Below, piece by piece: positions 1 to 12,358 of a stretch of DNA of 64,000 nucleotides. The stretch is from Podarcis pityusensis. Its lineage: Eukaryota. The notes under the pieces were generated by a model that saw only the letters and a program-made list of their open reading frames with translations, did no database searches and had not been told where the DNA came from. The stretch is from NCBI GenBank assembly GCA_964106645.2, contig OZ067039.1; one strand, given 5' to 3'. A program made the position numbers and the translations under genes. Every line of letters begins with the position of its first letter. Positions within the stretch are counted from its first letter, which is position 1.

Positions 1-1738
1 ACTAGGATAAGCTGTCTCATTTGAACATTGTCTTTATTTCTGTCCTTGTTCATAGCTGCCCATATAAATCTGCCTATATGCATTGTTCAGATGAGAATGT
101 AGGTGTGTTGCTACTGCAGAGGTGTATATCTAAAAGCAGCGTGTAACTAATAGTGGGAAAAACACATCAAGAGTGATGTTTCTTATGGGCTACCAGATTA
201 TTTTTTATAAAGAATATATCCACCCTGCCTTGTGAAGCAATACATCTTGCCTCTGGGATAAGCCTGCCATTTTCTCAGTGTTTAGCCCTTATGGAGTCTG
301 TCAAATTTATTCAGATTTGTGTTTGTACATTTTGTTTTAAGACAATCCAACTCCCTAGCACTCAGTTCTGTTTTTAATAGTGGGGCCTTATCTTACTTAA
401 CCACAGCAGCCCCGTTATTCAACATGTGCCAAGTAGTTTCAGAAATGACACCACTCAGCAAGTCCATTACCGAACTGCCAGGGATAGTAAATGGCTTGCA
501 CCTTGAGTTCTGTTTACAGTAAGTCACGTAAAAAGTGCATTTCTTCTATAAATGGTTGAGTTTATAAGGCCTTTAAACAAGGGACAGCTTACACATTATC
601 AACTTGGCAAGTCAGATACCAGAGCTTACACTTTAATTAGGCATTGCTAGAATAGCCGTTGCTGCACAGTTTGCATTCCAGAGGCTAAGATACACAAAGA
701 GCCCTCTCACACATTTTATTGGAATCTTCTTGATAAAGTCACAGTGAATATTGTGCTATAAATCCTGCTGAAAGGGGACCCTGGGCCTTTTCCTGTCCGT
801 GCAGTGGAATTTGGGTTTTAACTTATTTGCTCGTTTGCCTTCATTATGAATTTCTAATGGCCTGCTCAGTTCAAGGTTTTCTGCATAAGAATTTAAGAGG
901 GTCTGCAGCTATTACTATGAACCTGAAGATGGTGATAGGCCAGCCTTTGGCTTCAAAAGTTAGTGTGCTGTATGCAGACACTATTAGAACCTAACTGGAA
1001 AAGGGTAGCAGAGGAAGCAAAACTATTGGGAAGCAGAAAGAAGCATTCAAACCCAAAACAATAATGTATTGGTATTTTTATACATTTAAAACAGATGATG
1101 GGCAGCTTTGAATATTATAATATTACAGTAACAAGTGGGGCCTGCTATACAATTTCTTGGTGAAGTGCTTCTGTTCCTTGTTTCAGCCAAGCAGCTATGA
1201 TTTTTCCATTCACCCTCCTTTTTTTCTCTCTCTCCAGCAGTCAAGTCAGCATTTTTTACTTCCTAAGTCCACTCAGTTACCATCGGCCTATTTTAGAGAT
1301 CGTCTCCCTCACCCCGATTCGGGGAGGTTTTTTTCATTTAAAAAATAAACCCCACAATGTGTACTTCTGCAAGTCTTGGTCTTCCCACTGTAATTTCCCT
1401 CATGTGTATGGATGGTACCATTTTGGCCACATAAGGATAGGCAGTCAGAGAATGCATTTGCAAATAGTATATGTAGGATGTTAGGTTAGTAATAATGGAT
1501 GAAGATAAGGCTGGCATATGCATGCTGCCAGAGAATATCCTTGGCAGCAGAAAGCAGCATGCAGCCTGGGGCCTGAGAGGGAAGAGAATTGGCCTTTGGC
1601 AGACTCCCCCCACCCTACCCCAAGGAATCCTTTTGGCAGGGAGGGGAAACTTCCTTTTGACACAAAAGGGGTGAAGTAAAATTGACCTTCTGAGAAACTT
1701 CAGAACCATTTGCACTCAGATCTTATTTCAATACAGTA

Positions 1739-1963
1739 CAGTGGTACCTCAGGTTACATATGCTTCAGGTTACATACGCTTCAGGTTACAGACTCTGCTA
1801 ACCCAGAAATAGTGCTTCAGGTTAAGAACTTTGCTTCAGGATGAGAACAGAAATCATGCTCCGGCGGCGCGGCAGCAGCAGGAGGCCCCATTAGCTAAAG
1901 CGGTGCTTCAGGTTAAGAACGGACTTCCGGAACAAATTAAGTACTTAACCCGAGGTACCACTG
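1739..1963. mobile_element. Non-autonomous Tc1/mariner (Tigger/pogo-like) MITE, copy 1
   Basis: TIRs cagtggtacctcaggtta / taacccgaggtaccactg (17/18 match), flanked by TA on both sides (1737-38, 1964-65). Internal repeats of gcttcaggtta. Near-identical in reverse orientation to 39744-39969. Confidence 0.9.
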
Positions 1964-3428
1964 TAATGCAATCAAACTCAGCTTTAAGTAAAATGGGTTG
2001 TGATGGTGTCTTTTAGCATTGGATCATACTTTCAGCCAACATTGAGATAAAGTAGAAGCAGCACTTTCCTTCTACCATACAGATGCAATAGCTCTGTATT
2101 TTGACTACGTAAGGACTGCACACTTGGTTTGCTCTGAGCTGCACTCAGACCTAGTTCATATGATTCTTCCCTTGCTTTTTCAAGGAGGAGTATCACACAA
2201 TTGGCAGTTTGCCCAAGGGGTTGGTTCACTGCACACTATCTGTACTGGGGAGGGAAGGTCCTCAGGCTACTATTCCCACCACACTTTCACCTCACACATG
2301 TGTGAACTGGGGCTTCCTTATACAGTAGCATAGGTTCTAGTGATAGCTTTTGGGAGGGGTGTAGGATTGAAAGCTAACGTTGGTGTACAGATTAGAAGAG
2401 CAGTTCTTTCTGTTCCATCATTCCAATCCTTAAATTTCTTTGTAGTCTTATGCTCACTCACTATCCTAATAAAAAAAAAAAATCGTGAAAATGTATTGGT
2501 CCAGCACTGAATTATGTAAGCATGAAAAATAGACCGGTCTGTTTTCAGAAAACAAAGTGACTACTTTAAACCTAGCTGATTTGTTTATAGTGCTGCTCAA
2601 GTCACTAATTCTGGGCAGAGGAGATGGAACATCTGCAACTCACATTGGTTAGGATCTGTGAAAGCTAATTGCCTCCAATTTGGTTAAAATACAATGTCAA
2701 TTACACTTTCAAACAACAGCTTCTATACTCTCTGTTGACAGCAAAGCTGGGGTGCCATGCATTGAGCTCTTTTCTTGCTTCGAAAAAAGTGAATTCACAC
2801 AGCTATGTGATATTTTACCACAGCCAATATTTATTCCTTTGCAAATAAGTAGACTTGCTGGCAACTGAAGTAACATAGCTTGGAGTAGAAATGCCATCTC
2901 AAGGCTCCAAGGGACAGTTTGCTTCTCCAAACCTTTTCATTCAGATTGGATCACTTAAAAAAAAATCAAGGTTATTTAAATAATTGTGTGGGTTTTTGTT
3001 TTTTTTTAAAGATTCTAGGTTTTTGATGAATGTATTTCCTGAAAAACATGCATACTGATAGGTTGCTGAAACACAGGTTAACTATTTGTACAATAACCAA
3101 TATAATACATAATGATTTATTTATAATACTTTATGTCAGAAATCTGATTTAAGAGATTTGAGTGTTGAGTTTAGTATCCTTTGTTAAATTAATAATTTTT
3201 CTCTAGCCAGATTATTTTTAAGATGCTATATCATTAGTATACTAGACAATTTTTAAACATGCCTGCTAAACATGTCTATACATTAGACATTCCTTATCTC
3301 AGCACAGCAGACGAATGACTGGGAAGGAGTAAAGCTACCACAATATCCTCTTTGGTAGTCCTCACATGTGCTATTTAATGCTAAGTCATATTTGGCTTAT
3401 TATGTGCCATCCATGAATTGTCTGCTAG

Positions 3429-4561
3429 TTTGACAAGGTGCCTCATGATATTCTTGTAAAGAAGCTGGTAAAATGTGGTCTTGACTATGCTACCACTCAG
3501 TGGATTTGTAACTGGCTGACTGACCGAACCCAAAGGGTGCTCATCAATGGTTCCTCTTCATCCTGGAGAAGAGTGACTAGTGGGGTGCCACAGGGTTCTG
3601 TCTTGGGCCCGGTCTTATTCAACATCTTTATCAACGACTTGGATGATGGACTCAAGGGCATCCTGATCAAATTTGCAGATGACACCAAACTGGGAGGGGT
3701 GGCTAACACCCCAGAGGACAGGATCACACTTCAAAATGACCTTGACAGATTAGAGAACTGGACCAAAACAAACAAGATGAATTTTAGCAGGGAGAAATGT
3801 AAAGTATTGCACTTGGGCAAAAAAAAATGAGAGGCACGAATACAAGATGGGTGACACCTGGCTTGAGAGCAGTACATGTGAAAAGGATCTAGGAGTCTTG
3901 GTTGACCACAAACTTGACATGAGCCAACGGTGTGACGCGGCAGCTAAAAAAGCCAATGCAATTCTGGGCTGCATCAATAGGAGTATAGCATCTAGATCAA
4001 GGGAAGTAATAGTGCCACTGTATTCTGCTCTGGTCAGACCTCACCTGGAGTACTGTGTCCAGTTCTGGGCACCACAGTTCAAGAAGGACACTGACAAACT
4101 GGAACGTGTCCAGAGGAGGGCAACCAAAATGGTCAAAGGCCTGGAAACGATGCCTTATGAGGAACGGCTAAGGGAGCTGGGCATGTTTAGCCTGGAGAAG
4201 AGGAGGTTAAGGGGTGATATGATAGCCATGTTCAAATATATAAAAGGATGTCACATAGAGGAGGGAGAAAGGTTGTTTTCTGCTGCTCCAGAGAAGCGGA
4301 CACGGAGCAATGGATCCAAACTACAAGAAAGAAGATTCCACCTAAACATTAGGAAGAACTTCCTGACAGTAAGAGCTGTTCGACAGTGGAATTTGCTGCC
4401 AAGGAGTGTGGTGGAGTCTCCTTCTTTGGAGGTCTTTAAGCAGAGGCTTGACAACCATATGTCAGGAGTGCTCTGATGGTGTTTCCTGCTTGGCAGGGGG
4501 TTGGACTCGATGGCCCTTGTGGTCTCTTCCAACTCTATGATTCTATGATTCTATGATTCTA
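3429..4561 (+). mobile_element. 5'-truncated young CR1 LINE (RT domain and C-terminus of ORF2, plus 3' UTR)
   Basis: ORFs 3438-3830 and 3847-4476 encode CR1 RT motifs ([43 protein letters not shown]). They are joined by a +1 frameshift in an A9 run (3819-3827). 3' end carries the CR1 (ATTCTATG)n tail. Confidence 0.97.
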
Positions 4562-7500
4562 ACAGCAATGCACCATTGTGTTGGGATATTCGGCCTACTG
4601 TCCATGCTCCATCTCTCTCAAACAATCAAGATCAATCAAGACCACCTTCAAGTTATTCCTGATGAGTCTGGATTGCCATGTAGACAAAAAGAGATATTAG
4701 CAGCTCAAGAGTGCTTCTTTTCTAAGCCTGCACACATCAAAGACATCTCTGCCTTTTCAGACAATTGGTTGTTAAATCCTTTTATCAGGAGATAAAATAT
4801 TATGATGACCGTCAAAATTCCTTACTTAAGTGCTTTTAAGCATGGAGCCATTTATTACGTCCCTAGGGAGTTTTAGGAGCTCCACTTTACCACTTGGTAG
4901 AACTAGCCCCCTTCTCAGCTAGAAGGATGTACGCAATTATCAATATCTTTGTTGCATGTTTGTACTCTTTCGGGAGTTTACAACCCAGGTTAAAATTTTT
5001 AGCAAAAGCATTTTAGACGTAGTTATTTAGAGATAGTTATGTAGACATAGTTTAGAGGGATATTCTTCTGAATTTCCTCATTACCCCTGCCCCCTCCCTG
5101 CCACCCAAGCAGTTTTCAAAATTATATATCCACACACTAACTTTCAGGTATTCCAAAGGCTGCCTAGGACATTTTTTTCCTGCAGTGTAAGGTCTGATTG
5201 AACTCTAACCAAAAATATATTCCAAAATATTTTTTTTCATGTGGTTATGAATATTTGCAGCCAGCATGTAGTTGATGGTAAAGTACAATGAAAGAAGGAG
5301 AACATTGTCCTAAAAGAGAAATCAAAGGGGGAAAGAGTTGCTTGAGATACTTTTTCTAGCTGTCCTCAATCTCTGTATCAGTTTTATAAGTGTGTTTTAC
5401 CTCTAATGCCTGAGGATCTTAATAATTCTGCATTTAATACATTGGAAACTCAAAAGTCTGTGCAGATTACAACAATGGCAGATTTAGGGTTCTTTATTTG
5501 CCTTACTATTGCCTGCTGGCTTGAAGCCAAATATTATAGCTGAGATGCTCAGTATTCTGCCAAGAACTTGCATTGAGGGCTTTCTGCTGCATCTTGCCCT
5601 TCTTGCCCTGGCGCCAACTACTATGTTGAGAAGATTAATACAACTCTAGATGTCCAAGAGCAGGCATACCCCTAATTTATTTATTTCTAACATAGAGAGA
5701 GAGTTAAATAATTCATGGGAAAGAGTTGACAGGATTTCTCATTTTTGTCCCTCCCTCCAAGGGCAGCACCATCTCTCAGGCTTTAGGCATGAGTGGCCGA
5801 GAGGAACTCCTTCTCCCAATGCCGTGGATTGATGGGAGGAAGCCTGAGTTCTCAATTAAAGCTGTAATTTAGTTTTGCATTTCAATTTTCAAACCAAACA
5901 GCCTCCAGTCTTTTTCATGAGTCATGAACCTTTTTGCATGAGCGAGTGAGGAAATAAGTGAATATGCATATTAGTATTTTTTCTTCCTCATGTAATGCCC
6001 ACTTTGTTTGCTTAAATGAGTGCCCTTTTACTTCATTACACTGTTGGTTAATGTAATTCTGTGTCTTTGCGAGAGCAGATCCCATCATCAGTTTTCCTGA
6101 TTGTTCATAAGCGCTTGAAAGCCAGGGAAAGATGGTGACAAAAAGTGCGACACCAGCTTTCCTGCTTTTAAAGGCTGTAATTGATATTGCCTCTGTGTCC
6201 CCCATCAAGGAAGAAAAGGTAGCTTTAGCAATAAATCTGTAATCCTTGTGCTTATAGCTTTTTTTCTCCCTTTTAATTAGAAGATATATCTCATTAGACA
6301 AGAAGGAAATTTCTGATTAAAACCAGTAATTGAATGTAAAAACATATTTTTCTCTATCTGTGTTTAAGCGTTTTGTAGGTGACAAGCACCACATACAGCT
6401 TCATTAAATGATTACATAATGTGCAATTTTACAACGGTTTTGATTTAAAGCTTTGGGTCTATTTGTTGAATGGCTGGTGGTCACACACAGATGGGCTGTT
6501 GATCTGTTGTAATTCTGACACTATGTGCCTATAACAAGAGTTAGATTATGGGCTTCAGGTTTTTGTTTATTTTTCTTCAAAACAAACAAACAAAAAACCT
6601 TCCACAAAACTGCTACTGGTATGAGGCATATTTCTTCCAGATTTAGTTTCACTTTTATTATTTTTATTACTAGGTTATTCATCCCTTCTGAAAATACTAG
6701 TAAATGTGGTTTGCATTACTCCACATGTAAATATAACTGCCTCAAAAGATGTGCTGAGCAAGTTGCTGTGTGCTTTCAGCACTGAGGAATTGCCAGGATT
6801 TGATTATTTGTGGTGACGCCTTAATTTGTTATGAATGCTGCCTTCATTGTAATTTTCAAGTTAGTCCAAACCTTGTGGAGGCAAGCAGATACATCTGTGT
6901 GTGAAGACAGGCTAATGCCAACCTACCACATGGGAATTGTGGGAAAGTAAAGATGATGATGGCTAGGTTTGAACCATGTCATGGTTAGTGTTGCTCCACC
7001 TCTAGTTAATGACTCATTCTTTTGCTCAGAGTTAACATCTGCCCATGCTTTTCTATCGTGTTTGGTTGCTTCTTCCTGGTTCTTGGCATAAGTAGATGTA
7101 TTGTATTATCAATTTGTTGTACTGATTATGTTGTTTGTATTGGTTTGCAGATACTCTGCATGTCTTTTCAAAGCACATTTACTCAAGTGGATTTTGCTTT
7201 ATTTTATTTTATTTCCCCCCATTGTGCACACATGTTCACACTACCACCACAAAGCTGAAAATAAATAAAGGGGAAGCCTTCTCCGTCAAAAGTTTTAACT
7301 TTACACAAACCCCACCCCGCACCCAGCATAAACTAATGTGACTTTGCATATATCACAGTACAGTCTCTATGTAAAGGGGAGAGAGCAACTTCAGATACAC
7401 CAAAATATAAATGAAAATAAAGAATACAGATGTACTTCAGGCCCCACAAAATCTGCAAGTGTTTCAGTATTTCAAATATAAACATTTCCTATCTGAAAAC

Positions 7501-9279
7501 CATGGAGGAAAAGCAGGAAAAACACACTGGACCTTAAAATGTAACTCTAACCATGAAACTCTGCAGTTCAGAGAAACATTTTCCCCACTCAGCAGCACCA
7601 GAGATGACCTTCCAACCACATAGGTGATACAGTATTTCTCAAGACAGTAGGTTCAGGTGTGTTAGATTCATGCATGCTGGGAACTTGTGATGGCAGACTT
7701 GTGATACACCACAGTAGTGCATCCTCAGGTGGTACTGGCACAAAGAGTTTCAAGAGTCAGACTGAGTGCCTGCCAGCAGAACTTATCTCCAGGGGTCCAA
7801 GAGGCAGTTTTAATTTTTATAAAACAGAGGATATAGGTGCCTACTGGAAGGGATTTTTATTTGATAGCAAAATGGCCATAGATGCCAGGTGTGTGTTCTT
7901 TTAAAAGGTAGTTGTATGCACTTGGTGGGAAAATCAGTACCAGGCAATGCACAAGAGCCATTTGTGCTGTAAATTAATGAGTGACAGGGTACTGCCCTGG
8001 TTGCATTTTGATATGGGAAAGATTACCCTAGCATAGCCAAAAGTACTCCTATATTGTATAGTGGTCATTGTATAGTTGCTTTAGGTCTTTAAATAGCCTT
8101 CCTTGGTCATGAGGACTGGTGACTTATAAAAAAAGTTTAGATAATAAAATTCTGGAGTTGGATGTGTGGGTGAACATCTGCTCATAGTTCAGGGCTTTCT
8201 CATCTCCCCCTTCCCAGTGTAGACCCCTGGGGGGGGGACTTTAAAAATGTTATTGAGAATTAGAAGACCCTCCAGAGTGATGCTGAGTGTGGTAAGAAGT
8301 GGAAATAAGGGAGGGAACCCCCATGGAAACGGACATGCTTTTCTCTCACAAATGCCTTTAGGTTCAAGTACTGAAACATACATACATCTGAAATAATACG
8401 ATAACTATATGACTTCTAAAAGTAAAGGCATCAGTTATCTGTAGAAATTACTGAAGTTTCACCATCCATGAACCTACTGTGGAGAAGGTGTCTAGAGCTC
8501 TAGAGCGACTGCATACTGAATGCATTGAGAGCACTGCAAAGATGCAGGTCTTTGCTTTCAGTAGAGGTCACGATGGTACCTTGGGAAAAGTTGTTTCTAA
8601 AGATCTTGGAGCTTTCAAAACTTGTCCACAACACCGCTCTGCAAGTGTGAACAGTACAGTGGTGTGGTAATTATGCCCAAACATCCCCTACAGATTTACT
8701 TAATGTGGTTTAGCTTTGCTTACGTGAATGTAGCCGAAACTGTAGGAGGGACCCAGCCTTTCAAGTCTGAACAGCATTATATGAGACAATGTTGACAAGG
8801 GGGAAAATAGGCTTGTGAAGTCTGTTTGCATTTATAACTAATTGAAGGTTATATGCCTAACACTTCTGCCTCAGAAACCAATATGTGAATACATTGTTCA
8901 AATGAATCATCAAATTGAAAACCTTTCCAGCATCATTAAGGCTTCTATCTTTCATTCATGTTCTGTCTTCACAACAATGTGTTTGGTGATTCTGCCTTTC
9001 CTAATCAGTACAACAAAATGTTGACATTTTAAAAAACGTGCTCACAATGACTCTTTTTATTACAATAAACTGTTTTGACAGTGTTGTACGCAGATGAAAT
9101 TCCTGTCTTGGGGAGCATCCATCTCACCTTTACTGTCATGCTCCCACTTACCTGTTGGTGCAGAACATAATGAAAGCAAAGTTAATTTAAAATTGTTCCC
9201 ATTGTCAGCAGCAACAGTGAAACTATAGCTTTGGGGGAGAAAAGTGTTTCATTGCTGGTGTACCTGCAACTAAAAAGTA

Positions 9280-9498
9280 CAGTGGTACCTCCGGATGCAA
9301 ACTTAATCCATTCCGGAGGTCCGTTCGTAACCAGAAACCGCTCGTAACATGAGGCACTCTTTCCCTAATGGTGCCTCCTGCTGCTGCCGCGCTGCCGGAG
9401 CGCAATTTCCGCAACAGGGGGCATCTACTTCCGGGTTAGCGGAGCACGTAACCCAAAGAATTCATAAGGGGGACGGTTCACAACACGAGGTACCACTG
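9280..9498. mobile_element. Tc1/mariner-type MITE, diverged subfamily copy
   Basis: Ends cagtggtacctc ... gaggtaccactg with TA on the left. Internal ttccggaggtccgttc and cctcctgctgctgccgcg are shared with the copies at 1739 and 39744. Confidence 0.85.
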
Positions 9499-11724
9499 GA
9501 AGGAAGGAAGGAAGGCTGATTAAATGCAAATGTGTAGACTAGCATTGCCAGCTGGTTAGGGGCATTTGCCTGGTTGATGCCTATTTTGTCTCATTGCGGA
9601 TAGCTGTCTCAATGCATGTGTTAAAGAGTATGCCATGGAGCACTATAGAATATGAATACAGTCTCAGGGTTGTTGTCTTGCCTGTTAGGTAGGAGTCTAG
9701 ATAAAGAACAGGTTTTTGTTTTGTTTTTTATTGTTGTTTTACCCTTATGCTCTCTCTTTTTAGTTTTTTTTTAAATTCTTTTATAGAAGCTGCCGTGGGA
9801 ACTGGAAAAAGGAGCTAAGACCATGTTAGATAAAATAAAATATTTATATGGTCATTTGTTAGCAAGATGGGGGAAATTCATTCTTAATGTACCGTCTGCT
9901 GCCACATATTAGAGTTTGGATGATCTGTGTAGTTACCTGAAGCCTACGCAATTATGGCTTCCTGGACATTTTATCTTGCAATCCTTTCTGCACTTACCTG
10001 GGTGTAAGTCCCATCAAACTCATTGCAGCTTTCTTCTGAGGAGACATTCGTGATGTTGTTGCTATCATTTCTCCCAAGGAGGGGCAGAGTGCCTGATTTT
10101 CTGAAAGTGCTGTCCTTCACTTTGAGTTTTCTTCAGTTTTGGATAAGCTGCCTTGAACATGTCTACAATTAAGAGTCCATTTTGGAACAAGGTGGTGTGC
10201 CGCCAAGTTGCTATGTATGGTGCTTGATTCAACATACCTTTTCTTCCATTTGGAGGCTCAGGGCTGTGCTGCCAAATGAAATAGCAGTGCTCAAGCACAA
10301 AGCTCTGGCATTTTGTCTCTCACAAATGGGCCCCTTATGCTGCTGGTGTTGTCACTCCTGTTCAGATGGAGGTATACATGTACCCATTAGTGAGATTCCA
10401 TTATTTATTATAATAAAATAATAATCAAAATTCCATAATATTGGAAGGTTGAATTGCACAAGCATTTCCTTGAATCCACTTAAGAGTTCAATGACCGTGT
10501 GCGCGCATGCATGCTTACATCTCCATTTATGCAGCAGAGAAAGTGTAATAAGGGCTGAGAAGTTAATCAATGCCTGTTTTTAGGCTTAATTTATGGATGT
10601 CCAATCTGTAGCTCCCTCAACCTCCAATTCATTTCTTAATTATGTTTGTAAAGAACAGCGGAAGCCTGTTTTCACCAACTGTGTTGTCTGCCAGTTCCTA
10701 TAGATCGATTTTTTCTTTCTTTCATGGCACAGTGAGAGCAGCTGAGCAATACATTGTGATGGACCTGGATAAATTCAGAAATAAGTCCCATGATCATGTT
10801 GATATTCAGCACTGGAAGACAGTATTTAGCTGTCTCAAAACAATAAAATATAAACGCAGTTTAACCAGTTCATTGTAACAAAAGCCCTTGATTCAAAGGA
10901 TTTATAGTCTCACATGAATTAGGTACCAAAAAAAAGCCTCTGTGGTTTTGGTTTGGTTATGTAATACCGACTGCTGTCCATTGCCCATGATGAGTAGAGT
11001 TCCATATGAATGCATAGCAATTGTGCAGGGCATGGATACTTGATTCTTACTCACAAGGGATTGCCTTCCCACCAAAGCTATCGTTGAATGGTTCTTTCCC
11101 AGACTGACAGACATTTTTGGGGAAGCCCTGCTGTGTCAGTGGCAGCTTGATCTAAATGAGCAGGGAAGCAGCCTTTTTATTTCACTGTCCTTCAGTCCCT
11201 GTTGATGGCATGAGGTTAGAGGGGCTCTGCCCCAGCGAAACACTATTAGAGACAAATGTCAGTGAGCTTTGGACAGAAAAAGCTCTTTGATTATTCGCTC
11301 CATTCAGGCGTATCTTTCCCCAGTAAGCTTTTAGTCACTCCCACTGCCAGCGAGATGTAATCCTTGCAGAGCCAAGGGGGAGGCATGTTGCATATTCCTT
11401 AAGATTACATGGTGTACCAAATAATACACAGACAGTGGCTCTTAGCTTTGCAAAGGTCATGGGCTTCCTTGACACAGGTTGCTTCTCCTTCCTGCCATAA
11501 TGTGACGGTGATTTAAATAATAGTAATAATAATAATAGGCAGCATCTTTTTAAACTAAACTGGCTGTGCAGAAGCAGAGGCCTAAGAAAATGGTTCCCAT
11601 AGCTCAGTGGAGGAGCGAATTCCATTTTATTACCATTTTATTTTTGTACCCTATCCTATTATGCCTCCTATGCATCATTTTCCACATTCAGTTCTTGGTA
11701 TATTGTGTTTAATAGGAGCTGAAT

Positions 11725-11800
11725 GAGCAGGGCTGGGAAAGACCTTTGCCCGAGACCTCAAAGATCCACTGCCAGCCCAAATAGACCAGTGGCATATGTT
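11725..11800 (+). mobile_element. Squam3-like SINE fragment
   Basis: agggctgggaaagacctttgcccgagacc...ctgccag resembles the body of the squamate Squam3 SINE as I recall it. Confidence 0.45.
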
Positions 11801-12311
11801 CATAATTTGATTTCTGGAATAGTGCCTCTTTGTTGACCACTATGCAGGCAGCAGAAAGCAGCTCCCAAGGTAGACACACTGGATACTGCTATGGCTTTGG
11901 GTATGTTCTATGTTCTAAAATGTGCAGCTGTTTCTCTGTGCTTCCTTTCTTGAAGTGCAGTTAAAAAAATGTAGGGTGGCATATGCCGCACTCTGGCTCA
12001 TCTTCATGTAGCTTATGAAGGGCCCTGGCTTGGTAACTGTGAAAAGCAAGTGAAATAACCTGTTCTGTAAAGTAACAATATTCTCTGTCTTCAGCAGAAG
12101 CTGGTTCTGTGCCCTTGGGCACTCTTGAGGTGGTGGTTCAGAGCACTGCCAAAGACAAGGCAGCTGTGCAAATTTTCATGGAATTTATTTGTTTTGTGAA
12201 TATGAGCTGGTTTTGACAGCCTTTTGCCTTACAGGGTGGTACATAAAGCACACCACGTATATCCTGTTCATACCTCATCAAAGTTCTCTCCTAACTCCCG
12301 ATTACACCCAA

Positions 12312-12315
<4 letters not shown>

Positions 12316-12342
<27 letters not shown>

Positions 12343-12358
12343 ACACACACACACACAC
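12316..12358. repeat. (CA)n microsatellite
   Basis: Read directly from sequence. Confidence 0.95.

Noticed and set aside
1739-9498. Mariner-type MITEs in a COX10 intron, reminiscent of the mariner element near the human CMT1A-REP hotspot
   Set aside because: Different, lineage-specific elements; the similarity is coincidental, with no evidence of orthology.
10497-10515. gtgcgcgcatgcatgc, an NRF1-like motif in a mitochondrial gene intron
   Set aside because: Imperfect match in an alternating purine-pyrimidine run, far from any promoter.
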